Virus record (IMG/VR): IMGVR_UViG_3300030330_003921
Span: 1-26,877 of that record
DNA from: a virus
Taxonomy: Duplodnaviria > Caudoviricetes
Reading direction: 5' to 3' (one strand)
Length of the DNA: 26,877 nucleotides
Shown here: in pieces, positions 7,572 to 14,110 of the stretch
Position numbering within the stretch: position 1 is the stretch's first letter
Layout of the letters: the number at the start of each line of letters is the position of its first letter
Translations under genes and position numbers: made by a program
Notes under the pieces: generated by a model
Databases searched by the model: none
What the model saw: only the letters and a program-made list of their open reading frames with translations
Told to the model about the DNA's origin: nothing

Positions 7572-8423
7572 CTAGCTAGCAAGAACCACTTTGGCGCTGC
7601 CATCGGGTTGAGCGACCACCTCCTGGGCGGGGGCGATCTCAACCGCGTCGATGATCTCGGGGGTGTGCCCCGCGAGCTTGTCGAAAACAGATTGCACGGT
7701 CATCGTGCGCTGTGGGAGCTTGGAGAGATCTCCACCCTTGAGATGCTCGGTGATCCCGTTGTAGAGAGTCCAGAGCGAGCCGCCCTTGAACTCCTCATGG
7801 CGCGGAGTCTCAAACTCCTTGACCGCCTTGTAAACGTCACGCGCAGGAAACGCCTTGGCATCCACAAGGTCAATGACCATGTCAGCAGCCTTGGCCTTCG
7901 GCACCTCGATGCTTTTATAAGCGTCGATCCGCTTGCCCATGTCGGACCAGTGGGAGACAACGCGAGAGATCGCGGAGGACAACACGCGAGGCAAGTCTGC
8001 CACGATGTTCTTAGTGTGACGGCGAGCGAGCTTCACATCCGAAGAGAAGCAAAGATTCTCGCAAACCATCATCTGGTTGCCGATGCACACGGAAGCCGCA
8101 AAGGACTTGTCATGCGCGTTACGCAAACCAAGGACGAGACGACGATCATCTGCTTTGATGTCGTTACCTTTGAGGGCGAACCCGCCAAAGTAACGAAGAC
8201 CGCCACGCGCGAGTGCGTGTTCCTCCTGCTCGACCTCAAGACCAGCGCGTTCAAGTGCCGCGTGTGTCTCATCGACAAGAGAGAAGTGTGGGATTGGCGT
8301 GTGGGAATCAGTGCCATCGGGCGTAGCTTCCATACGTCTGTCGTTCAGGACCAGACCCGCGTCAGAGTCAGCTTGCGTAAGCTGCTCGCGAGTCACAACA
8401 TTCTTAGCCATGATTAAGCTCAT
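7572..8423 (-). CDS. DUF932-family protein
   Basis: T.SH.PIPH, GLRNAHDKS.A...G...VC.N..F, RRHT, SLWTLYNGITE. Confidence 0.75.
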   Translation of the reverse strand: MSLIMAKNVVTREQLTQADSDAGLVLNDRRMEATPDGTDSHTPIPHFSLVDETHAALERAGLEVEQEEHALARGGLRYFGGFALKGNDIKADDRRLVLGLRNAHDKSFAASVCIGNQMMVCENLCFSSDVKLARRHTKNIVADLPRVLSSAISRVVSHWSDMGKRIDAYKSIEVPKAKAADMVIDLVDAKAFPARDVYKAVKEFETPRHEEFKGGSLWTLYNGITEHLKGGDLSKLPQRTMTVQSVFDKLAGHTPEIIDAVEIAPAQEVVAQPDGSAKVVLAS

Positions 8424-8429
8424 GCCAGA

Positions 8430-8457
8430 AGGCTATCAGAACAAACCGTTTTGCCAA
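8430..8457 (-). promoter_or_regulatory. sigma70-like leaderless promoter
   Basis: A tract, TTGGCA-16-TAGCCT (TG extension), 6 nt before ATG 8423. Confidence 0.7.
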
Positions 8458-8483
8458 GCCCTTTTTACTTTTTTTTTGTCTTC

Positions 8484-8560
8484 GTAAGTCGTTGATTATC
8501 AACGAGTTACGGGCGGCGGCGGGGCCGCGCCCCCTAAGTCATTGAGACTTAGGGAGTTAC
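8484..8560. repeat. 77-bp double-palindrome element, copy 3
   Basis: GTAAGTCGTTGATTATCAACGAGTTAC + GGGCGGCGGCGGGGCCGCGCCCC + CTAAGTCATTGAGACTTAGGGAGTTAC. Confidence 0.95.
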
Positions 8561-8562
8561 GA

Positions 8563-8790
8563 CTAGTTCATTGTGGCTGTTCTTTTGTCGATCCCGACGA
8601 TAGGCTCGACCTTGCTAATCGACGCATTGATTTTGTTCAATACCTTTTCGGCCTTGTCTAATTCTTTACCCATCTTGATTAGCTCCTCCTTGGCAAACTC
8701 ATTTGCTTTCGGGCTAGCTTGTCCTAGTAGGAGAATGCACATTCTGGCAGCGCCCTCCCATGATGGTTTAACTTCTACTTCTTTTTTCAT
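8563..8790 (-). CDS. hypothetical protein
   Basis: MKKEVEVKPSWEGAARMC; start chosen at ATG 8790 (ORF open to 8847); stop 2 bp from repeat copy 3. Confidence 0.65.
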   Translation of the reverse strand: MKKEVEVKPSWEGAARMCILLLGQASPKANEFAKEELIKMGKELDKAEKVLNKINASISKVEPIVGIDKRTATMN

Positions 8791-8962
8791 TTGCTTGTTC
8801 TTTCCAGCCTTTGGATAGTGGCATGTTTCTACTTTTAAAGAAGGCATCGCAAGCGCGTTTAACTTCTGTGGATAAATTTTTCATATAATTGACTTGTTTT
8901 TCTCCACAAGTGTTATATGCTGACCTGTGATAGCCACTCTGTTTAGCTTTTTTATCACTCAT
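8768..8962 (-). CDS. small basic hypothetical protein
   Basis: MSDKKAKQSGY; promoter TTGGCT-16-TATACT at 9003-8976. Confidence 0.6.
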   Translation of the reverse strand: MSDKKAKQSGYHRSAYNTCGEKQVNYMKNLSTEVKRACDAFFKSRNMPLSKGWKEQANEKRSRS

Positions 8963-9026
8963 CTTTGTCTGTAGCAGTATATGAACAGTATTACAGAAGC
9001 CAACAACCAAAGTTTAATTTCTATAT

Positions 9027-9710
9027 CTAGCATGGCTCAACAACAAAACCTGTTTCGTCTTTCTTCCCTAGTCCCTTGGCGACTAGGCCAACGATCACCC
9101 CACGCTCATCTTGAAAACGCAGGTCAGTGGTGTCTCCGTTTATCACTTTGATTCCTCTCCACTGTTTGGGCAGATGATCTCTAAAGACAACCGCAACATT
9201 ACCCCCACGGTCGCAGAACTCTCTGATTTGTTCTTCGCTTGTATCTTCCGAGCGCGAGAAGGTAAGGTGATAGTTTTCGGGGAGCCTTCCGTCAAGAAAA
9301 CGCCGCATTCTTTCTTTGCTTTTCGTGTAGTCATAGAACTGATAGGACTTGAACGCAGGAATGATATACCTCTCCCACGCAATGTCACTAGTTAAGTTAA
9401 GTCTGAAACAAGGAGTCAATTCTTTCTTCGCCGCGCTTTTAACCGCGCTTTTGATTTCTTTGAATAGCTGGCGTAAGAATCCCTCCCTATCGTTGAAAAA
9501 CAATTGTGTTTTTCTGACGCGGGCTTCTTGGACGTTTCGCATGGCTCCACGGCCAGCAGTATTAAGACAAGCAGCAGCGCAACCAGTAGAAGCATTAGGG
9601 CAAACATTATTTCCTGATATGTTAAATGGTGATAGATGGAGGCCGTAGGTTTTCCAACCAAACAATTCTCCTTTTACTGTTTTATGATTTCCTCCGTTCA
9701 GTAACTTCAT
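9027..9710 (-). CDS. GP88-family protein (Cys-motif, radical-SAM-like)
   Basis: LHLSP...VCPNASTGCAAACL (CX6CX3C), RLNLTSDI.WE, FYDYTK, YHLTFSRSE, NVAVVF, GD..DLRF.D, IVGL.AKG. Confidence 0.75.
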   Translation of the reverse strand: MKLLNGGNHKTVKGELFGWKTYGLHLSPFNISGNNVCPNASTGCAAACLNTAGRGAMRNVQEARVRKTQLFFNDREGFLRQLFKEIKSAVKSAAKKELTPCFRLNLTSDIAWERYIIPAFKSYQFYDYTKSKERMRRFLDGRLPENYHLTFSRSEDTSEEQIREFCDRGGNVAVVFRDHLPKQWRGIKVINGDTTDLRFQDERGVIVGLVAKGLGKKDETGFVVEPC

Positions 9711-10015
9711 TACTTACTCCCGAAAGTCTGTCTGGCTTCGCGCTCGTTGGCAATCCTTTTTATCACCCCAGAACCACTATTGATCGTGATAACATCAAGA
9801 CCATCTTCCTGGATAGCTGGCTCTATATCCCAAAGCAAACATCCATCGAGACTCTTGTATTGCTTCGCGTATAACCTAGCTCTATCAACGGTGTGGATGG
9901 GCTGGCCCGTCTTGTTTTGCACAAGGACAGTAGACAACCATTCACTTTCTTTTTCTGGTCCGTGGTAAAGATAATAGTTGATCGTAAACGATTTTGTGGT
10001 AATCTCTCCTAACAT
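9710..10015 (-). CDS. hypothetical protein
   Basis: 101 aa, TAATG-coupled; promoter TTGACG-17-TATGAT (10050-10022) 6 nt before ATG. Confidence 0.75.
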   Translation of the reverse strand: MLGEITTKSFTINYYLYHGPEKESEWLSTVLVQNKTGQPIHTVDRARLYAKQYKSLDGCLLWDIEPAIQEDGLDVITINSGSGVIKRIANEREARQTFGSK

Positions 10016-10084
10016 GAGGGGATCATACAGGTCAGGTCGCCGCCCGTCAAATTAAATATATTAAAAATCCAAACACCAAATAAT

Positions 10085-10168
10085 ATGAATGCAAATAGTG
10101 ATCCCTCTCCTCTCTGGCTGGTCTTGATCGCGGTCTTGACGGTCATTTTCTCGCTCGTAACTGGTTGA
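10085..10168 (+). CDS. possible 27-aa hydrophobic peptide
   Basis: MNANSDPSPLWLVLIAVLTVIFSLVTG; stop inside the left palindrome of copy 4. Confidence 0.3.
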   Translation: MNANSDPSPLWLVLIAVLTVIFSLVTG

Positions 10169-10233
10169 TACTCAACGAGTTACGGGGGGCGGCGGGGCGG
10201 CCCTTCATAAGTCGCTGATTATCAACGACTTAC
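10157..10233. repeat. 77-bp double-palindrome element, copy 4
   Basis: GTAACTGGTTGATACTCAACGAGTTAC + GGGGGGCGGCGGGGCGGCCCTTC + ATAAGTCGCTGATTATCAACGACTTAC. Confidence 0.95.
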
Positions 10234-10248
10234 AAAGGGCTTCCCGTA

Positions 10249-11229
10249 TTACCTCAACGAGAGATCGTGCATCTTATTGAAGACCTTGAGGAGAGCATCA
10301 TGCACCCTGTCGTTAGACATACCACTACGGATATAGTCATTAGCGGCGAGGTGATAATCTCTTCTAGTTTTAAGAGGCTCTTTCTTCCGTCTTCTCATGC
10401 CCCACTCACCCTTCTGGAACATTTTGATTAGATGATCCACATCATAGTCTAAACCAAGTCCCTGAGTATCGTTAGTTAGCCAATCAAACATAGCGGTCCA
10501 TAAGCGGGTGGCAGAGCAATGGTAATCAATGTCTGGGAAGACTGCTTTCATTATCTGGCAAACATGCTCGAAAACCATAAGGCTGGTCTTTCTTTTCTCT
10601 GCGCTCGGCCATGACTTTCTTTTGTCTATGTTCTTAACGGCATTGTTTTTCCAAGACTTGTGAATCTTTGCGATCCTACCTCCTACATCCACTGGGACTT
10701 TCTTACTAGGATTAACAGGTGTCCAACCTAAAGACTTAAACACTTTGATTACAGCTTTGATCTGCTCTGGGTCATCAATCTTAACGCGATCAAGCTCTGC
10801 TTTCTTAGCCCAGAACTGATCGTCTATAGTCCAAGCTCTTTTAGTTCTTGGGTCGTTAGCCTCAATGCAACGGGTTACTGGGGCTTTAGTGTTTACAATA
10901 CGACAAGGAACAAGATCATCAGGGTGAGCGCAAAGTCTATGTTGCCCATCTGTAGCCTGATAGTAGTGGAGCTTGGTCTTGCTATCATAGTGCCTGTAAA
11001 CATTTACAAACTCATAGATATCACCATCCCACTTCTGGTTTATTCGTGCAACTTGGTTTTGATCTGCGACTCTTTGATAATCACTATCAATGCCAATGTT
11101 TTCTTTGGGTATCATGGCGAGCTTAAAGCCATTCCACTTTGTTTCTTTGAAAGCCTTACGTGTCGGTTTTGCGCCGAGTCCATATTTTTTGTTAGGCTTA
11201 TGTGAGGTAATAAGGAATTTTTGTTTCAT
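10249..11229 (-). CDS. DGQHR-motif (ParB-N/DndB/DUF6551-like) protein
   Basis: IDSDYQR...V..I...WD and YQATDGQHRL motifs; start reset to ATG 11229, 7 nt after promoter TTGCAG-16-CATGAT (11264-11237). Confidence 0.7.
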   Translation of the reverse strand: MKQKFLITSHKPNKKYGLGAKPTRKAFKETKWNGFKLAMIPKENIGIDSDYQRVADQNQVARINQKWDGDIYEFVNVYRHYDSKTKLHYYQATDGQHRLCAHPDDLVPCRIVNTKAPVTRCIEANDPRTKRAWTIDDQFWAKKAELDRVKIDDPEQIKAVIKVFKSLGWTPVNPSKKVPVDVGGRIAKIHKSWKNNAVKNIDKRKSWPSAEKRKTSLMVFEHVCQIMKAVFPDIDYHCSATRLWTAMFDWLTNDTQGLGLDYDVDHLIKMFQKGEWGMRRRKKEPLKTRRDYHLAANDYIRSGMSNDRVHDALLKVFNKMHDLSLR

Positions 11230-11290
11230 CAAAGGCATCATGACAGGATTTGAGATCTCTGCAACATTTTAATTTATTTTTATTACTGTT

Positions 11291-11367
11291 GTAACTCGTT
11301 AAGTATCAATGACTTACAGACGGCGGCGGGGCCGCCCCACGTAACTCCTTGAGTATCAGTGACTTAC
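11291..11367. repeat. 77-bp double-palindrome element, copy 5
   Basis: GTAACTCGTTAAGTATCAATGACTTAC + AGACGGCGGCGGGGCCGCCCCAC + GTAACTCCTTGAGTATCAGTGACTTAC. Confidence 0.95.
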
Positions 11368-11374
11368 AAAAGCC

Positions 11375-11413
11375 AAACCCCGCCCCCCAGACGAGCAAAC
11401 GTAGGGGACGGGG
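11375..11413 (-). terminator. terminator-like hairpin (repeated family)
   Basis: minus strand CCCCGTCCCCT...GGGGGGCGGGG-TTT; same stem as 7506-7551. Confidence 0.6.
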
Positions 11414-11441
11414 CAGCTATTACCATGCAGAAAGTGGGTTC

Positions 11442-11573
11442 CCTCCCCCGACTGTCTAGAAGAGTGGGAGAGGGGCGGCTCTCATACTTTAAGCCTACGG
11501 TATACTTGCCCACCGCTCGGAGCCTCACTGTGTTTTACAACCACCTGACCATCAGAGAGAACAGCAGGGGAGG
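11442..11573 (-). ncRNA. candidate structured RNA
   Basis: ends pair over 13 bp (CCUCCCCUG-CUGU / ACAGUCGGGGGAGG, one bulge, one G-U) in a roughly 170-bp gap between a stop codon and a terminator. Confidence 0.35.
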
Positions 11574-11583
11574 TTTCTAGAAA

Positions 11584-11808
11584 TTATTTATCGTTCATGG
11601 GGAGAGAAAACTTTTCATTTAAGTGGTTAGCATTCTTGCGGAGGTATTTGATATTCCCAACAAAGGTATCGAGCTTATCATCTGCTACATCTGCCAGCTT
11701 GCTGGAGAGTTCTTGGTGGACTAGGCCGAGGCCATAGCTCACAAGGGCGGCTTGATCGGAGTTTCTCACTTCGATCCTAACGGTTTCTGTTTTGGTTTTA
11801 GAGGCCAT
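11584..11808 (-). CDS. hypothetical protein
   Basis: 74 aa, 2 nt downstream of the previous gene's stop. Confidence 0.7.
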   Translation of the reverse strand: MASKTKTETVRIEVRNSDQAALVSYGLGLVHQELSSKLADVADDKLDTFVGNIKYLRKNANHLNEKFSLPMNDK

Positions 11809-11810
11809 GA

Positions 11811-12083
11811 TTAGTTAACGGATGAGATTCCAGAGAGGTGAAGGGTGCGGTGCTTGACCTGACCGCCATCGTCGATGTCCTGAACGTGGACCGTGACGCA
11901 CTTGCGCCCAGACTCTTTGGAAACGAAAACGTCCTCGACCTCGTTGATCTTGAACGTGCGGACACCATCAGGGGTGATGCTGCTACGCTGCTGGTTGAGG
12001 TAGCGAACGGTCTTGCCAGTGAGGGCAGACGCGATCTTGATGGCACTATCTCCGAGTTGCAATGTGGTATTAGCTATTGTCAT
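11811..12083 (-). CDS. hypothetical protein, possible WYL-like beta-barrel
   Basis: V.Y...R.F.I..V...D...RTLHL..I pattern; start reset to ATG 12083, 7 nt after TTGCGC-16-TATAAT (12118-12091). Confidence 0.65.
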   Translation of the reverse strand: MTIANTTLQLGDSAIKIASALTGKTVRYLNQQRSSITPDGVRTFKINEVEDVFVSKESGRKCVTVHVQDIDDGGQVKHRTLHLSGISSVN

Positions 12084-12149
12084 GGGCAAGATTATATCAG
12101 AATCTGCGATGGGCGCAACCACTTTTCTACTTTTTTCTCACTTTTTTTT

Positions 12150-12184
12150 CCAGATCGCAGGACAGGATATAAATAGCCAAATAG
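12150..12184. repeat. secondary 35-bp repeat, copy A
   Basis: CCAGATCGCAGGACAGGATATAAATAGCCAAATAG, 29/35 identical to 13561-13595. Confidence 0.8.
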
Positions 12185-12232
12185 AACAAAATGCTTGACT
12201 AGCCCCGTCGATATGGTATAGAGTTACCTTTC

Positions 12233-12309
12233 GTAACTCGTTGAGTATCAACGAGTTACGGGGGGCGGCGGGGCCGCCGCTCGTAACTTGTTAAGCGTCA
12301 ACGACTTAC
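12233..12309. repeat. 77-bp double-palindrome element, copy 6
   Basis: GTAACTCGTTGAGTATCAACGAGTTAC (perfect 12-3-12) + GGGGGGCGGCGGGGCCGCCGCTC + GTAACTTGTTAAGCGTCAACGACTTAC. Confidence 0.95.
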
Positions 12310-12497
12310 AAAGGTATGTCGTCGCGCTCGTCGTCGTCGGTTGAGAACTGGGTGGGGTGCTCCTCTGCGTGGACCTGCGCGAGCAGCTCCTGCACCTCCT
12401 CAGGAGAGGGGTTGAACTGCCCTGCGCGGGGTCCGTCCTCAAGTGAGTCAGTGAGTTCCTCGGGGCGCACTTTGATGAAGTCATGTAGATCAGTCAT
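12306..12497 (-). CDS. small highly acidic protein
   Basis: 63 aa, 18 D/E vs 4 K/R; promoter TTGCAC-16-TACTCT (12531-12504) 6 nt before ATG; TAA inside copy 6. Confidence 0.75.
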   Translation of the reverse strand: MTDLHDFIKVRPEELTDSLEDGPRAGQFNPSPEEVQELLAQVHAEEHPTQFSTDDDERDDIPL

Positions 12498-12558
12498 GAG
12501 CGGAGAGTAGCGCAGTCAGCTAACCGTGCAAGCCTTTTCTTTGTTTTTTTTCATCTGT

Positions 12559-12635
12559 ATAACTCATTGAGCATCAAGGAGTTACAGACGGCGGCGGGGC
12601 GCCTCGACGTAACTCGTTGAGTATCAATGGGTTAC
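12559..12635. repeat. 77-bp double-palindrome element, copy 7
   Basis: ATAACTCATTGAGCATCAAGGAGTTAC + AGACGGCGGCGGGGCGCCTCGAC + GTAACTCGTTGAGTATCAATGGGTTAC. Confidence 0.95.
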
Positions 12636-12659
12636 GCAAGTTAAAACGTGGGTAAAGGT

Positions 12660-12706
12660 AAACCCCGCCCCCCGATAGTAAGCCGTGGCCTCGGGGTGAC
12701 GGGGTT
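12660..12706 (-). terminator. terminator-like hairpin (repeated family)
   Basis: minus strand AACCCCGTCACCCCG...CGGGGGGCGGGGTT-T. Confidence 0.6.
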
Positions 12707-12723
12707 CGGTTATGACAGACCGA

Positions 12724-12987
12724 CTACCCAGTAAAAGCGTCTACTAGAGTTTGCGTTGCGGCCAAAGCCAACCCAAACACGGGTGGGATTAAGAAGGCCA
12801 AGCAGAAGAAAAGACTTGTCCCCAACGGTAGTATTGGGTCAGGGAGATAAACGGCGTGGACGTATCGCTCGGCTTCTGCCATGTCTGTCAAGAGTATGAC
12901 TGCGAGTAGAGCGGCGAGGGTTAGTCCCTGCATCCACATGAATGTCCAAGTGGTGAATCGGATGGTGTATTTGAATAGGTCTGTCAT
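12724..12987 (-). CDS. small membrane protein
   Basis: 87 aa with two hydrophobic segments. Confidence 0.7.
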   Translation of the reverse strand: MTDLFKYTIRFTTWTFMWMQGLTLAALLAVILLTDMAEAERYVHAVYLPDPILPLGTSLFFCLAFLIPPVFGLALAATQTLVDAFTG

Positions 12988-12992
12988 GGTGT

Positions 12993-13205
12993 TTAGTGGT
13001 TGAGTTTAGCTGAGAGTTCTGCGGACTGGTGTGTCATGAGTGCGAGGCCCAACTTGTCGGCTGCACCCTTGAGTTTCTTCTTGAGGTCTTCGTCGCTGAC
13101 GAACATGGCTTCGGTTATGAGACTGCCAAGAACATCACTCACCTCCAGACGGAGTGCGTCACTTGCTTGGCCTAGCTTTTCGATCTTCTCTTCGGTCGCT
13201 GTCAT
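12993..13205 (-). CDS. small helical hypothetical protein
   Basis: 70 aa; promoter TTGCAC-16-TATACT (13239-13212) 6 nt before ATG. Confidence 0.75.
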   Translation of the reverse strand: MTATEEKIEKLGQASDALRLEVSDVLGSLITEAMFVSDEDLKKKLKGAADKLGLALMTHQSAELSAKLNH

Positions 13206-13256
13206 GGTGGAAGTATAGCAGAGATTGAGATGGGTGCAACCCTTTTTTAATGTTTT

Positions 13257-13496
13257 TTATCTGAAGTTCTCCTCCCACCAGACCTTGCAATCTACATCGA
13301 CCCACCTCTCGCAGCCCCTAAAATCGTTGAAGAAACGACCTATCTTTCCTAGCTTGCCGTTGTTGTGTTTGTCGGCGGCTTCTTGGCGCTCCTTTTTGTT
13401 ACGCGCTACTGAAGTCTCAGTAGGCCAGCAGGTGGCGATCTCTACGCACTCGACGCTCTCGCCCTTGTCATTGAGGAATCTCTTAATGTCTGTCAT
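13257..13496 (-). CDS. hypothetical protein
   Basis: 79 aa; promoter TTGCGC-16-TATAGT (13530-13503) 6 nt before ATG. Confidence 0.75.
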   Translation of the reverse strand: MTDIKRFLNDKGESVECVEIATCWPTETSVARNKKERQEAADKHNNGKLGKIGRFFNDFRGCERWVDVDCKVWWEENFR

Positions 13497-13560
13497 GGTG
13501 TTACTATATCACAAATCACGCTGGGCGCAAGCCCTAATCGCATAAAAGTGATTTTTTTTT

Positions 13561-13595
13561 CTAGGTCGCAGCTCAGGATTTAAATAGACAAATAG
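13561..13595. repeat. secondary 35-bp repeat, copy B
   Basis: CTAGGTCGCAGCTCAGGATTTAAATAGACAAATAG. Confidence 0.8.
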
Positions 13596-13660
13596 TAAAA
13601 TAGTTCTTGACACGCGGCGCGTTGGCGGCGCGTCCTGTGACCCCCTGCGAAGTAGTCTTC

Positions 13661-13737
13661 ATAACTCGTTGAGTATCAAGGAGTTACGCAGGGCGGCGGG
13701 GCCGCCCCACGTAAGTCGTTGAGGCTTAGTGGGTTAC
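13661..13737. repeat. 77-bp double-palindrome element, copy 8
   Basis: ATAACTCGTTGAGTATCAAGGAGTTAC + GCAGGGCGGCGGGGCCGCCCCAC + GTAAGTCGTTGAGGCTTAGTGGGTTAC. Confidence 0.95.
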
Positions 13738-13946
13738 GAGGACATTATCTCCTCTTCCCATTCGGGATACGTCTCAGCCGCCTCCGTGCGGGAAGCGAAC
13801 ACATGCCGATATTGCGAACCGCGCACGGGCGGGAGGTCGTGGCGATCTGCCCCACACGCGATGAGGCAAGACCCCGCGTGAATGCCACTGGGGGCGGTGA
13901 TGAGATAAAACGGGCGGGCGGAAGGGGTAGTATCAGTTACTGTCAT
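13734..13946 (-). CDS. hypothetical protein (paralog of 14111-14443)
   Basis: FASRTEAAETYPE motif; promoter TTGCGG-16-TACTAT (13980-13953) 6 nt before ATG; TAA inside copy 8. Confidence 0.75.
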   Translation of the reverse strand: MTVTDTTPSARPFYLITAPSGIHAGSCLIACGADRHDLPPVRGSQYRHVFASRTEAAETYPEWEEEIMSS

Positions 13947-14017
13947 GGGGACATAGTAGCAGAGTTGCGCCTAACCGCAAGCCCTAAATGCGTTTTTTAT
14001 TTCTTTTTTTTACCTGC

Positions 14018-14094
14018 GTAAGTCACTAAGTATCAAGGAGTTACGCATGGCGGCGGGGCCGCCGCCCATAACTCGTTGAGTGTCAACGAGTTAC
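14018..14094. repeat. 77-bp double-palindrome element, copy 9
   Basis: GTAAGTCACTAAGTATCAAGGAGTTAC + GCATGGCGGCGGGGCCGCCGCCC + ATAACTCGTTGAGTGTCAACGAGTTAC. Confidence 0.95.
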
Positions 14095-14110
14095 GGTGTC
14101 AAGCTTTTTT

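Noticed and set aside
7608-8417. 269-aa + strand ORF
   Set aside because: Antisense shadow of the GC-rich DUF932 gene, which has the promoter and family motifs.
11359-11580. 73-aa + strand ORF
   Set aside because: It starts inside a repeat, runs through a terminator hairpin and is opposite to module orientation; better explained as non-coding structure.
12248-12484. 78-aa minus ORF ending AAAPPPPVTR, and similar ORFs crossing repeats
   Set aside because: Alternative frames reading through the GC core; the promoter geometry supports 12306-12497.
6224-14094. CRISPR array interpretation of the repeats
   Set aside because: Intervals are 0.25-1.6 kb and contain genes, the 23-bp core is conserved rather than a unique spacer, and no cas genes are present.
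6224-14094. 77-bp elements as simple intrinsic terminators
   Set aside because: No consistent U-tract follows them, substitutions often break pairing, and separate terminators sit beside copies 1, 2, 5 and 7. A secondary termination role cannot be excluded.
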